Assembly (NCBI GenBank): GCA_963713825.1
Contig: CAVQNG010000014.1
Location: 64,001-128,000, forward strand
From: an uncultured Acidobacteriota bacterium
GTDB lineage: Bacteria > Acidobacteriota > Thermoanaerobaculia > Multivoradales > JAHEKO01
DNA: 64,000 nucleotides
Reading direction: 5' to 3'
Shown: piece by piece, positions 49,494-58,990 of the stretch
Position numbering within the stretch: position 1 is the first letter of the stretch
How the letters are laid out: the number at the start of each line of letters is the position of its first letter
The notes under the pieces: generated by a model
Databases searched by the model: none
What the model was told of the DNA's origin: nothing
The model's input: the letters and a program-made list of their open reading frames with translations, nothing else
Position numbers and translations under genes: made by a program

Positions 49494-51329
49494 GTGGACT
49501 ACAACGTCGATTTCAGGGATGTGAAGTTTCAGATCTTCGATTGGCTGCCCACCGAGCGACTGCTGGGCAAGGGAATGTACGAGGACTGGGATCGGGATAG
49601 CCTCGAGATGGTCCTGGCGGAGGCTCTCAAAATCTCACAAGAAGAGATTGCACCGACCAACGAAGACGGAGATCAAGAGGGCTCTACTCTCGAAGATGGA
49701 GTCGTCAAGGTTCCCTCGTCATTCAAGGCGCCCTACAAGACGGTCGCGGAGGGCGGCTGGATTGGTTGTACGAACAATCCGGAGTTTGGCGGTCTGGGCA
49801 TTCCGGTCGTCGTGGGCACGGCGGTCAATGAGTTCTTTTCCGGTGCCAACCTCTCTTTGGCGCTGGTTCTCATGCTGACGCGTGGTGCTGGTGAGCTCGT
49901 CGAGGAGTTCGGTACCGACGAGATGCGCGAGCTCTTCTGCGACAAGCTGTTTTCCGGTGAGTGGACCGGCACGATGTGCTTGACGGAGCCGCAGGCAGGT
50001 TCTGATGTCGGAGCTTCGACGAGCAAGGCGGAGCCCCAGGAGAACGGGCGCTATCTCATCTCCGGTGAGAAGATCTTCATCACCTACGGCGATCACGACC
50101 TGACGGACAACGTGATCCACGCGGTGCTAGCTCGGCTTCCGGGAGCGAAGCCCGGAACCAAGGGTCTCTCCCTCTTCATCGTGCCGAAATATCGAGTCAA
50201 CCCCGATGGCAGCTTGGGCGAGCCGAACGACGTCCAGTGCGCCAGCATCGAGCACAAGATGGGCATCCACGGTTCACCCACGTGCTCGATGCTCTTCGGG
50301 CAGAATGGGGCCTGCGAAGGCTTTCTGGTAGGCGAAGAGAACAAGGGCATGAAGCTCATGTTCACGATGATGAATGCCGCCAGGCTGGAAGTGGGCTTGC
50401 AGGGTGTGGCCGTGGCAGGAGCAGCCCATCAGGCGGCGCAGGCATACGCTCGCGAACGGGTCCAAAGTCGGCATTGGAGTGGGGCACGCGACGCCGGCCC
50501 GGTTGCCATCGTCGAGCACCCCGATGTGCGTCGTCTGCTGCTGCTGTCCGACTCCTATGTGCAGGGGATGAGGGCTCTTCTACTCCAGACCGCCCTGTAC
50601 CAGGATATGGCCCGCGCACTGAATGGAGAAGAGGCGGTGAGCTACAAGGCCATTAGTGAGCTGCTAACCCCTATCTGCAAAGCCTGGTGCACCGACTGGA
50701 GCTTCAGGGTGACGGAGTGGTGCCTGCAGGTCTTTGGAGGCTATGGCTACACGAAGGACTATCCGGCGGAGCAGTATCTGAGGGATGCCAAGATCGGCTC
50801 CATCTACGAAGGCACCAACGGTATCCAGGCGCTCGATCTCGTCGCGCGCAAGATCCCGTCCCATGAGGGCAAGCCGTTCGGCGAGCTTCTGGCTCGAGTC
50901 GGCAATACAGTGAAGAACCTGCGTGGGGACTCGCTGCTCGGGGGGCCAGCGCTGCGGCTCGGCAAGGCGGTCAAGCAAGTCGAGGAGACCGTGGGGGAGG
51001 TCTCACAACGCCCCGACATGATGCAGTCGCTGATGCTGAATGCGGTGCCGATGCTCGACATGGTTGGCACGACTCTGGCCGGTAACTTCTTGCTGGAGCA
51101 GGCCAATCTTGCGAAGGCCAAGCTCGAGAAGATCCTGCAGGCAAAGAGCGTCGATGCCGAGGATGGGGATGCTCTCGCAGCCCTGCTGAGCGACGATGAA
51201 GAGGCCGCTTTCTACCACAACAAGATTCAGGCGGCGATCCACTTCGCTTTCAGGGTTCTGCCCATGGTCAAGGCGATGGGTGTAGCGGTTCGGGCCGGTG
51301 AATCGGCTCCCATCGCGGCACATCTCTAG
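49494..51329 (+). CDS. Acyl-CoA dehydrogenase (about 600 aa type)
   Basis: MCLTEPQAGSD, GEKIFIT, EHKMGIHGSPTC, QVFGGYGY, IYEGTNGIQ; GGAGG + GTG 49494. Confidence 0.95.
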   Translation: MDYNVDFRDVKFQIFDWLPTERLLGKGMYEDWDRDSLEMVLAEALKISQEEIAPTNEDGDQEGSTLEDGVVKVPSSFKAPYKTVAEGGWIGCTNNPEFGGLGIPVVVGTAVNEFFSGANLSLALVLMLTRGAGELVEEFGTDEMRELFCDKLFSGEWTGTMCLTEPQAGSDVGASTSKAEPQENGRYLISGEKIFITYGDHDLTDNVIHAVLARLPGAKPGTKGLSLFIVPKYRVNPDGSLGEPNDVQCASIEHKMGIHGSPTCSMLFGQNGACEGFLVGEENKGMKLMFTMMNAARLEVGLQGVAVAGAAHQAAQAYARERVQSRHWSGARDAGPVAIVEHPDVRRLLLLSDSYVQGMRALLLQTALYQDMARALNGEEAVSYKAISELLTPICKAWCTDWSFRVTEWCLQVFGGYGYTKDYPAEQYLRDAKIGSIYEGTNGIQALDLVARKIPSHEGKPFGELLARVGNTVKNLRGDSLLGGPALRLGKAVKQVEETVGEVSQRPDMMQSLMLNAVPMLDMVGTTLAGNFLLEQANLAKAKLEKILQAKSVDAEDGDALAALLSDDEEAAFYHNKIQAAIHFAFRVLPMVKAMGVAVRAGESAPIAAHL

Positions 51330-51350
51330 GGAACGAGCTTGGTTGGGGAG

Positions 51351-53084
51351 CTAGAGCTTCTCGATCTCGACCTGCAGTCCCGCCAACGAGTCCTTCGACT
51401 CTCCGAGCGCGCTGTCGAGCTCTTCTAGCTTCTCGCGCTCTGCCCTGACGAATCGCGTATAGGGACCGATCGCCTCTTCGATGCGGTGACGGGCGCGCTC
51501 GACCTCCCGATCGAACTGCTCGGTCAGGGAGCTCATGAGCTTCTCCCGGAGCACGAGGATCTTCTTGCTGAGCTCCTTCTTGGCTCTCTTGCGGCGAGCC
51601 GGCAACACGAACAGGCCCAGCAGAGCGAGTGTTCCGGCTGCCATCAATCCGGTGACGTCGGCCAGCTGGGTGGTGGCCATCAGTGTGATGATGGCTCCGA
51701 GCCCGAGGGCGCTGACCTCGATGATGGCAGTGCCAGCGACGGCGGTTCGCACGGATTCGGCCATGCGATCGATCTCCGCCACCCGACTGTAGCCATCCAC
51801 TGCATCCTGGGCGGCCCTGCCGACAGTCTCCAGGAGGGTCTGGCGATCGTATTCGAAGGTGCCCATCTCTCCAACCAGTTTGCTGTCGTGCTCGACCCGC
51901 CTCTTGGAGAGGCTTTCGGAGACCCCTTTCCACTGGCGCAGCTCCGCCTCGACCATCCAGTCGATGATCTCGTTGACCTTCGTCTCGATCTGCTGTGGCG
52001 CCCGCCCAATGACCTGGCGTTCGAAGTCGGCCTTGATCTTGGCCTTGTTCATCAGGTCGAAGGCTCGGGGCAGCCGCAGCGTCTCATCGAAGTACTCCAT
52101 GCCGCGGCGCTCGAACTCGAGCAGGATGTTGTCGACATCGGTGAGGCGGTAGCGAAACTCGCGGGCCATGTCCTGCCCATAGAGGTCGAGTTGGCGCTCG
52201 ACATGGTCGATGGCTTCAAAGTCCTCGGCCAGGACCTCCAACCGGCTCACCGTGGCATCGGAGTAGGTCTCCGCGAGATGCCGGCCGACGCCGAGAGGAT
52301 TGAGGAGTTTCAACCGGATGCGCTCTGTTTCATCGAGCGTCTCCAGGAGGAAGCTCTCCAGAGAGGGTAGGCGGCTGTGGGCGAGAAGCTCCTCGTCCAC
52401 TGTGGGCCGCAGCTTCGCACTGAGCGCCTGTTGGGAAGAGACCGGGAAGACTTCGGAAGCGAACCCCAGAAGGCGTTCACCGTTCTCTCTCACGTAGTCG
52501 ACGACTTGCTCGAGGTCTTCCTGACTCCGCAGGATGTCGATTTTGTTGACGACGAAGACCAGTTTCTTGCCCCACTGACGAATCCCGTTCATGAAGTTCC
52601 GTTCGCTCTCGGTGAAGGGGCGATCGGCAGAGGTCACGAACAGCACGAGGTCGGCTCGCGGCACGAAATCGGAGGTGATGGCCTCGTGATCCCGGTCGAG
52701 GGCGTTCGTACCGGGTGTGTCGACGATGTGCACCTCATCGAGGATCTCGACTGGTGCGGTGATCTCTTCAATGCCCTCTTCACCGACCGAATCGCCGTTG
52801 GCTTCGCCGTACTTGAGATGGTGAATGCGGGTGGTGGTCGGTGTGACGCCGTCCGGCAGCACCTGGCGCCCCAGCAGGGCGTTGATAAAGGTGCTTTTGC
52901 CAGCGTTGAACTCGCCTACGACAACGAGCAGAAACAGGTCGTCGAGCTGGCGAATCGAGCGCTCGAGAGTCCTTTGATCTTCTCGGCTGGCAGCAGAGCG
53001 CACCAGGGAGACGTGCAGATCACCGAGGAGGCGACGCTCCTCGATCAGTAGCTCGGTCTGATGTTTGTCGAGAATCTTCTGCAT
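51351..53084 (-). CDS. Dynamin-like GTPase
   Basis: GEFNAGKS, PTT, DTPG, NKID; helical stalk and C-terminal hydrophobic hairpin. Confidence 0.9.
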   Translation of the reverse strand: MQKILDKHQTELLIEERRLLGDLHVSLVRSAASREDQRTLERSIRQLDDLFLLVVVGEFNAGKSTFINALLGRQVLPDGVTPTTTRIHHLKYGEANGDSVGEEGIEEITAPVEILDEVHIVDTPGTNALDRDHEAITSDFVPRADLVLFVTSADRPFTESERNFMNGIRQWGKKLVFVVNKIDILRSQEDLEQVVDYVRENGERLLGFASEVFPVSSQQALSAKLRPTVDEELLAHSRLPSLESFLLETLDETERIRLKLLNPLGVGRHLAETYSDATVSRLEVLAEDFEAIDHVERQLDLYGQDMAREFRYRLTDVDNILLEFERRGMEYFDETLRLPRAFDLMNKAKIKADFERQVIGRAPQQIETKVNEIIDWMVEAELRQWKGVSESLSKRRVEHDSKLVGEMGTFEYDRQTLLETVGRAAQDAVDGYSRVAEIDRMAESVRTAVAGTAIIEVSALGLGAIITLMATTQLADVTGLMAAGTLALLGLFVLPARRKRAKKELSKKILVLREKLMSSLTEQFDREVERARHRIEEAIGPYTRFVRAEREKLEELDSALGESKDSLAGLQVEIEKL

Positions 53085-53118
53085 GGCGAGAAGGGTCGAG
53101 GAAAAGATAGCACGGGGC

Positions 53119-54315
53119 TCACTCCTCCAAGGCCTGCTGATCGTTCTCCAGACTGGAGAGGGCCACTTCACGCAGCGCAGCAATCTCTTCGTCGGTGGCT
53201 GAGCGCCACAGTCGCTTCTGCCGCCGGCGCTCGATGGAAGCCGGCGAATAGCGAATGGAGGTCACCAGCTTGCCGGCCCGGTTGAACACGTGAGCGCGAC
53301 CCCGCTCACCAAGCACGATCAGGGTTCTTCTGCGGGTGTCGAAGAGGAGATCCTCGTCGCTGGCTGCGGCTAGATCCGACAGAGCCTTCCAGGTGGGTCG
53401 GTCTCTTTGACGGTGCCGATGTTCAGCGTGGCCGGTTCGACGGCGCCTGGACCGATCCCGCCTTTCGAGGCGACGGGCCAGCCCAGAGAGGAGGCCCTGA
53501 ATTCTCTCGTCGAGTTGGCCCTCGTCGATGGTGCGGGCTCTCGCCACGGTGTGCTCGATCTGGCGTAAGGCCTCCTGTGCCCAGCGGGCGGATCGCATCC
53601 AAGGCAACTCGCCGGTGCGGTCGAAGAGATTTTCGAGCGGCTGATCGTCTGGAGCGACACCGATGAGGTTGAGGCCGAACCGGCGTTGCCCCTTCGGGGG
53701 CTGGGAGGAGACGATCTGGAAAGTCAGGGCCAGCGTCTCTTCCAATCCGCGGATGGTGGGGAAGGAATACCAGCCTGCCGCGACTTGACCGTGGATGTGA
53801 TAGCCGGAGTCGGCGTCCTGGAAGGCAGGGAGCAGGTGACTCGTCAGCTCCGGTCCCGAGGTGGTGTGCGCGATCAGTCGGCGCGGAGTCTTGTAGAGCT
53901 GATCGACCCTGGGGTCCTTTTGCTCCAGCAACCACTGGCCGAAGTCCAGGAATCGGGGCAATCCACTTGGACCGTAACCGGCAAAGACCTCCTGTCCGGT
54001 TGCTGGTATCGAGTGGTCGCAGGCTGCACTGGCACAGCGCAGACAGTAGAGATGCCCCGGAAGAAAGACCGAGCGATGCACGAGGATCTCGTTCAGGCCG
54101 TGGCTCAAGGCGTCAGCCGCGTCGTCTCGGGCGTTCTCCAGCCAGCCTTTGCGCTGGTGAATTGGGACTTGGAGTCGCACCTCGAGCGTCTCGTCTCCGC
54201 CTTCGAGCAGATGTCCCGACGGGTGTCGTCGGATTCGGCTGCCGATCTCCTTGGCCAGCAACCGGAGGGCCAGGGAGAGCGTGTCCTTGTCGGGGCTGTC
54301 GGAGCGACCGGCCAT
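53119..54315 (-). CDS. Hypothetical protein with a CxxC-x4-CxH motif
   Basis: 398-aa ORF filling the gap; YCLRCASAACDH. Confidence 0.65.
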   Translation of the reverse strand: MAGRSDSPDKDTLSLALRLLAKEIGSRIRRHPSGHLLEGGDETLEVRLQVPIHQRKGWLENARDDAADALSHGLNEILVHRSVFLPGHLYCLRCASAACDHSIPATGQEVFAGYGPSGLPRFLDFGQWLLEQKDPRVDQLYKTPRRLIAHTTSGPELTSHLLPAFQDADSGYHIHGQVAAGWYSFPTIRGLEETLALTFQIVSSQPPKGQRRFGLNLIGVAPDDQPLENLFDRTGELPWMRSARWAQEALRQIEHTVARARTIDEGQLDERIQGLLSGLARRLERRDRSRRRRTGHAEHRHRQRDRPTWKALSDLAAASDEDLLFDTRRRTLIVLGERGRAHVFNRAGKLVTSIRYSPASIERRRQKRLWRSATDEEIAALREVALSSLENDQQALEE

Positions 54316-54518
54316 GACCTGATGCTATCGGAATGCGAGGTGAATCTCGGTCCGTCGGCTGGCAGGGGCGCCAGCCGCTTCAGGTCAGGTTGCGGGACTC
54401 GTTTGCCGGGTGATAGTGGTTCAGGGGTGGAAGACGACCTAACAAAGTCCGCTGGTTTGCGTATACAGTTTTGAAGCCGAATGTAGTCGATGGAGGAGGC
54501 TCTTCGGAGGGGAGATCC

Positions 54519-56789
54519 ATGTTTCAGCGTCGTTACCTGATCTTGGTCGTCGTTTGCCTGATGGGTTGGACACCCTTGTTCGCTCAAGAGGATTCCGAAG
54601 CGGGCGAAGTCGTTACCAAGGAGAAGATCGTCTACGAGCTGCGAGCGGCGACTTCCGAGGTGAAGGTGGACGGGATTCTGGATGAGCAGGCCTGGCAGGA
54701 CGCGGCGGTTCTCCCCGTGAAGTTCGAGTGGTTCCCTGGCAACAATCTAGAACCACCGGTCGAGACCGAGGTGCTGGTCACGTTCGGTGAACGGGCTCTT
54801 TACGTCGCATTTCGTGCGTTCGATCCCAATCCTGAGCAGATTCGGGCGCATTTGATGGACCGCGACCAGATCAACACCTTTGTCCAAGACGACTACGTCA
54901 TCGTGCAGCTGGATACCTTCAACGATGGGCGCAGGGCGTTCCAGTTTCGGGTCAACCCTCTGGGCGTCCAGGCCGACGCCTTCAGCAGCGAGGTGGAAGG
55001 GATCGAAGACTGGTCTTGGGACATGATCTGGGATTCGAAGGGGCGAATTACCGCCGACGGCTATGAAGTGGAGATCGCGTTTCCCTTCAACCAGCTGCGA
55101 TTTCAATCGACACAGGAAGTCCAGACCTGGGGCATCGACGTCGGTCGGTCGTATCCCCGAAGCAGTCGGCACCGCATGAACAACGCGGGTCGGGACCGCA
55201 ACCTGAGCTGCGTCATCTGCCAGTTCAACAAGGTCACGGGCTTGCAGGGACTGAAGCCGGGTCGCAACTTGGAGTTCGATCCGACGGTGACCGCTTCTCG
55301 CACGGATGAGTTGGATGAGTTCCCCGACGGCAGTCTGGAGGATGGCGAGGAGGACGTCGAGGCTGGGATCACGGTCCGTTGGGGCATCACCCCAAGCCTG
55401 GTGCTCACCGGCACCCTCAACCCGGACTTCTCACAGGTCGAGGCCGATGTGGCGCAGCTGGCCATCAACGAGCGATTCGCTCTCTTCTACGAAGAGAAGC
55501 GCCCCTTCTTCCTTGAAGGCGTCGACGTCTTTGCGACGCCGATCAATGCCGTTTACACCAGAACGGTGGTTGCTCCCGATTGGGGCCTCAAGCTGACGGG
55601 CAAGCAGAAGCGCAACGCCATAGGGCTTTTCGCGGCCGAGGACACGGTCAATGTTCTCCTGTTTCCCTCTAACCAGAGGACCGATTCGACACTGCTGGAC
55701 GAATCGGTCACCAGTGGTGTGCTGCGCTACCGCAGGGATGTCGGAGCCAATTCCTCTCTCGGAGTGATCTACACCGGCAGGGAAGGCGAGGATGACTACC
55801 ACAATCGGGTAGGCGGCATCGATGGTCTGTTTCGAATCGGCGACAAGGACACCATCGTGTTTCAGTACCTATACTCGGACACTCGTTACGCAGACGCTGT
55901 CGCCGAGGAGTTCGGACAGCCCCAAGAGGCTTTCACCGACGATGCGATCCAGCTGTCCTACACCCATGATTCGAACAAGTGGTACTGGGAGTTCGAGTAC
56001 GAGGACCGTGGCCCCGGATTTCGTCTCGATAGCGGCTTCGTGCCTCGCGTCGACACCAAAGAGGCGGATGCCTTCATCATGCGACGCTTCTGGGCTCCGG
56101 AGGAAGACGACTGGTACAACCGCTGGGATGTGATCGTCAGGGGCGAGCGGACCGAAGACCATGAAGGTCAGCTGACGGACGAAGATTTCGAGATCATCGG
56201 AAGGCTCTTTGGACCCCTACAATCCATCGTCACCGGTTCTGTGGGTCGACGCAAGGAGTATTTCGAAGGCGTTCTGTACGAGGATCTCGACTTCGGGGAA
56301 CTGGGCATCGAGATTCAGCCCAGCGGCGCCATCAAGCTCGAGTTCTACGGTATCAAGGGCGATGGAATCGACTTCGCCAACAACCAACCGGCCGATAACA
56401 CCTTTCTCAATCCCGCCCTCGAGGCGAAGCTGGGCCGCCACGTCAATGTCCGGCTGGATCACACCCTGCAGCAGCTGGACGTCGAGGGAGGCAAGCTGTT
56501 CGAAGCCAACCTGAGCCAGCTGAGGCTGATCTACAACTTCAATGTGCGGACCTTCGTTCGCGGCATCTTCCAATGGCAAGACATCGAGCGCAATCCCGAT
56601 CTCTACACCTTCGAGGTGGAACCCACAACCGAGACCCTCTTCACACAGCTGTTGTTCTCCTACAAGTTGAATGCGAGAACAGTGCTCTTTGCCGGCTACT
56701 CGGACAACCACCTCGGAGTCGAGAACGTCGATCTCACCCAGACCAACCGCACCTTCTTCTTCAAGATCGGTTACGCCTGGATTCTGTAG
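54519..56789 (+). CDS. Outer-membrane protein with CBM9-like and DUF5916 domains
   Basis: Signal peptide, VDGILDEQAW, NPDFSQVEAD, EKRPFFLEG, terminal KIGYAW. Confidence 0.88.
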   Translation: MFQRRYLILVVVCLMGWTPLFAQEDSEAGEVVTKEKIVYELRAATSEVKVDGILDEQAWQDAAVLPVKFEWFPGNNLEPPVETEVLVTFGERALYVAFRAFDPNPEQIRAHLMDRDQINTFVQDDYVIVQLDTFNDGRRAFQFRVNPLGVQADAFSSEVEGIEDWSWDMIWDSKGRITADGYEVEIAFPFNQLRFQSTQEVQTWGIDVGRSYPRSSRHRMNNAGRDRNLSCVICQFNKVTGLQGLKPGRNLEFDPTVTASRTDELDEFPDGSLEDGEEDVEAGITVRWGITPSLVLTGTLNPDFSQVEADVAQLAINERFALFYEEKRPFFLEGVDVFATPINAVYTRTVVAPDWGLKLTGKQKRNAIGLFAAEDTVNVLLFPSNQRTDSTLLDESVTSGVLRYRRDVGANSSLGVIYTGREGEDDYHNRVGGIDGLFRIGDKDTIVFQYLYSDTRYADAVAEEFGQPQEAFTDDAIQLSYTHDSNKWYWEFEYEDRGPGFRLDSGFVPRVDTKEADAFIMRRFWAPEEDDWYNRWDVIVRGERTEDHEGQLTDEDFEIIGRLFGPLQSIVTGSVGRRKEYFEGVLYEDLDFGELGIEIQPSGAIKLEFYGIKGDGIDFANNQPADNTFLNPALEAKLGRHVNVRLDHTLQQLDVEGGKLFEANLSQLRLIYNFNVRTFVRGIFQWQDIERNPDLYTFEVEPTTETLFTQLLFSYKLNARTVLFAGYSDNHLGVENVDLTQTNRTFFFKIGYAWIL

Positions 56790-56819
56790 CAGCAGCCTGG
56801 ACTCTGTACCTGGGAGGAA

Positions 56820-57362
56820 ATGATGAATGAAGCCGAGCTGCTGAGTCGTCGGGAGATCTTCAAAGGCCGGGTCGTGGATCTGTCTGTCGACCAGGTGAGG
56901 ATGCCGAACGGCAAATCTACCGAGCTAGAGGTCATCCGGCACCCCGGAGCAGCGGCCATGGTCCCGTTGACGGACTCGGGAGAAGTTCTCCTGGTGAGGC
57001 AATACCGCTACGCGACGGGTGGCTGGCTGGTCGAGGTGCCAGCTGGCAAGCTCGATGAGGGAGAGGCTCCGGAGGTCTGCGCCGCTCGAGAGCTCGAGGA
57101 GGAAGTGGGGATGAAACCGGCCGAGGTGCTTTCTCTCGGCTGGATCTGGACCACGCCGGGCTTCACCGACGAGAGGATCTGGCTATACCTGTGCCGGGGT
57201 TTGAGCCCTGCCCAGCAGGACCTGGAAGACGATGAAGTGCTGACCGTCGAGTCCAGGTCACTACCTGAAGCCATCGAGATGGTCCACCGCGGTGAGATCT
57301 GTGATGGCAAGTCGGTCTGTGCTCTGTTGCGGGCTGCCGAGTTTCTGCACGGCGAAGGCTGA
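56820..57362 (+). CDS. NUDIX hydrolase (ADP-ribose pyrophosphatase-like)
   Basis: VRQYRY, EVPAGKLDEGEAPEVCAARELEEEVG, TPGFTDE. Confidence 0.93.
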   Translation: MMNEAELLSRREIFKGRVVDLSVDQVRMPNGKSTELEVIRHPGAAAMVPLTDSGEVLLVRQYRYATGGWLVEVPAGKLDEGEAPEVCAARELEEEVGMKPAEVLSLGWIWTTPGFTDERIWLYLCRGLSPAQQDLEDDEVLTVESRSLPEAIEMVHRGEICDGKSVCALLRAAEFLHGEG

Positions 57363-57367
57363 AATTC

Positions 57368-57400
57368 AAGGCACGGCGGGCCATGGGCCCGCCGTGCTTT
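57368..57400. terminator. Hairpin terminator between the convergent NUDIX and osmC genes
   Basis: GCACGGCGGGCC-ATG-GGCCCGCCGTGC followed by TTT. Confidence 0.75.
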
Positions 57401-57428
57401 CCAATTCGTATGACCTCCGAGCTGCTCG

Positions 57429-57857
57429 TCAGCTCACCAGCTGGGCGTCGAGTGAAATGTCGACGCCGGCCAGCGCCTGGGAGACCGGGCAGCCGGCCTT
57501 GGCTCCAGCGGCGATCTCCTGAAAAGCCGCATCATCGATCCCAGGCACGCTCGCCTGGCAGGTCAGCTGAATGCGGGTGATCTTGAAGCCTTCGCCGACC
57601 TTCTCCAGGTGGGCCTTGGCCGAGGTTTCGACCCGTTCTGGGTTGAAGCCAGACTTGGTGAGGCCCCCGGAAAGGGCCATCGAGAAACAGCCTGCGTGGG
57701 CCGCGGCAATCAGTTCTTCGGGGTTGGTTCCGGGGTCTTCCTGGAACCGGGAGCCGAACGAGTACTTTCCCTCGTAGGCACCGCTCTGCATCTTCATGGT
57801 GCCATTGCCTTCCTTCAGGGTGCCGTTCCAGACGGCACTTGCTTTGCGTACGGGCAT
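57429..57857 (-). CDS. osmC: OsmC peroxiredoxin
   Basis: ASAVWNGTLKEGNG, GTNPEELIAAAHAGCFSMAL, CPVS. Confidence 0.95.
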   Translation of the reverse strand: MPVRKASAVWNGTLKEGNGTMKMQSGAYEGKYSFGSRFQEDPGTNPEELIAAAHAGCFSMALSGGLTKSGFNPERVETSAKAHLEKVGEGFKITRIQLTCQASVPGIDDAAFQEIAAGAKAGCPVSQALAGVDISLDAQLVS

Positions 57858-57916
57858 GGTATTCCTCCTGTCGTCAGTGATTTGGGTCAGGGTCGTGCGC
57901 CTGACCTGGCTTGATT

Positions 57917-58948
57917 CTACTTGTAGATCTGGATGGTGGGGTTGCCATCCGCGTGCACATAGCCCCGGTACATACCTGCCGTGTTGAAGGGCATGGAGCT
58001 CTGTCCACGCCCGTCGAGGGTGATGACTCCGCCCGTGCCGCCAGCGGCTGGCAAGACTTCGAAGATCACCTCCTTGGCCGCTTCTTCGACAGTGATTCCG
58101 AGATAGCGGGCGCGAGCGCAGATGTCGGAAGCCACGGCGAAACGAATGAAATACTCGCCATGTCCTGTTGCCGAGACTGCGCAGTCCTGGTCGGCCCACG
58201 TACCCGCACCGATGATGGGCGTGTCGCCGATACGTCCGAAGCGCTTATTGGTCATGCCTCCCGTCGAAGTGGCTGCCGCCAGGCGGCCCTGTTGGTCCAG
58301 GGCCAGAGCGCCAACCGTACCCAGATAGAGCCTCGAGGCATCTTTCGAAATGTCGCCAGTCTTCGCTGCCGTCTCTTCTTCTCGTGCCTTCTCGAGCTGC
58401 TTCCATCGTCGCTCCGTGTAGAAGTACTCGGGTTCAGCCAACTCCAGGCCCTGAGAGACGGCGAAGGTGTCGGCTCCGGCACCAGCCAGCATGACGTGCT
58501 CCGTGTGCTCCATGACGGCTCTGGCTGCGGTGATGGGGTTCTTGACCCGGGTCACAAAGGCGACGGCTCCAGCTTTGCCGGTGGCGCCATCCATGATGGC
58601 CGCGTCCATCTCGTTGCGGCCGTCCGCCGTAAAGACAGCGCCCTTGCCGGCGTTGAACAAGGGTGAGTCTTCGAGGATCTTGATGACCGCGACCACCGAG
58701 TCCAGGCTACTGCCCCCTGTCTGCAGGACCTCTTGCCCGGCGAGCAGGGCTTCCTTCAGCTTGGCTCGAAACTGCTCTTCCAACTCCGGGGTCATCTGCC
58801 CCTTGACGATGGTACCGGCGCCACCGTGGATCACCAGGGCCGTAGCTGGGGTCGAGTCTGCTGCCAGAACTTCGGCAGCAAAGCCGTCGAATACAGAAGC
58901 GAACAGTAGACAGGCAAGGACAATGCGAACCGGTGTCGAGGTCTTCAT
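57917..58948 (-). CDS. iaaA: Isoaspartyl peptidase/L-asparaginase (Ntn hydrolase) with signal peptide
   Basis: IHGGAG, FNAGKG, GTVGA, TSTGG, GRIGDTP, TGHGE. Confidence 0.92.
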   Translation of the reverse strand: MKTSTPVRIVLACLLFASVFDGFAAEVLAADSTPATALVIHGGAGTIVKGQMTPELEEQFRAKLKEALLAGQEVLQTGGSSLDSVVAVIKILEDSPLFNAGKGAVFTADGRNEMDAAIMDGATGKAGAVAFVTRVKNPITAARAVMEHTEHVMLAGAGADTFAVSQGLELAEPEYFYTERRWKQLEKAREEETAAKTGDISKDASRLYLGTVGALALDQQGRLAAATSTGGMTNKRFGRIGDTPIIGAGTWADQDCAVSATGHGEYFIRFAVASDICARARYLGITVEEAAKEVIFEVLPAAGGTGGVITLDGRGQSSMPFNTAGMYRGYVHADGNPTIQIYK

Positions 58949-58990
58949 GATGAGACTGTTTATCACAACAGAGCGGTAAGATCCCCCTCC

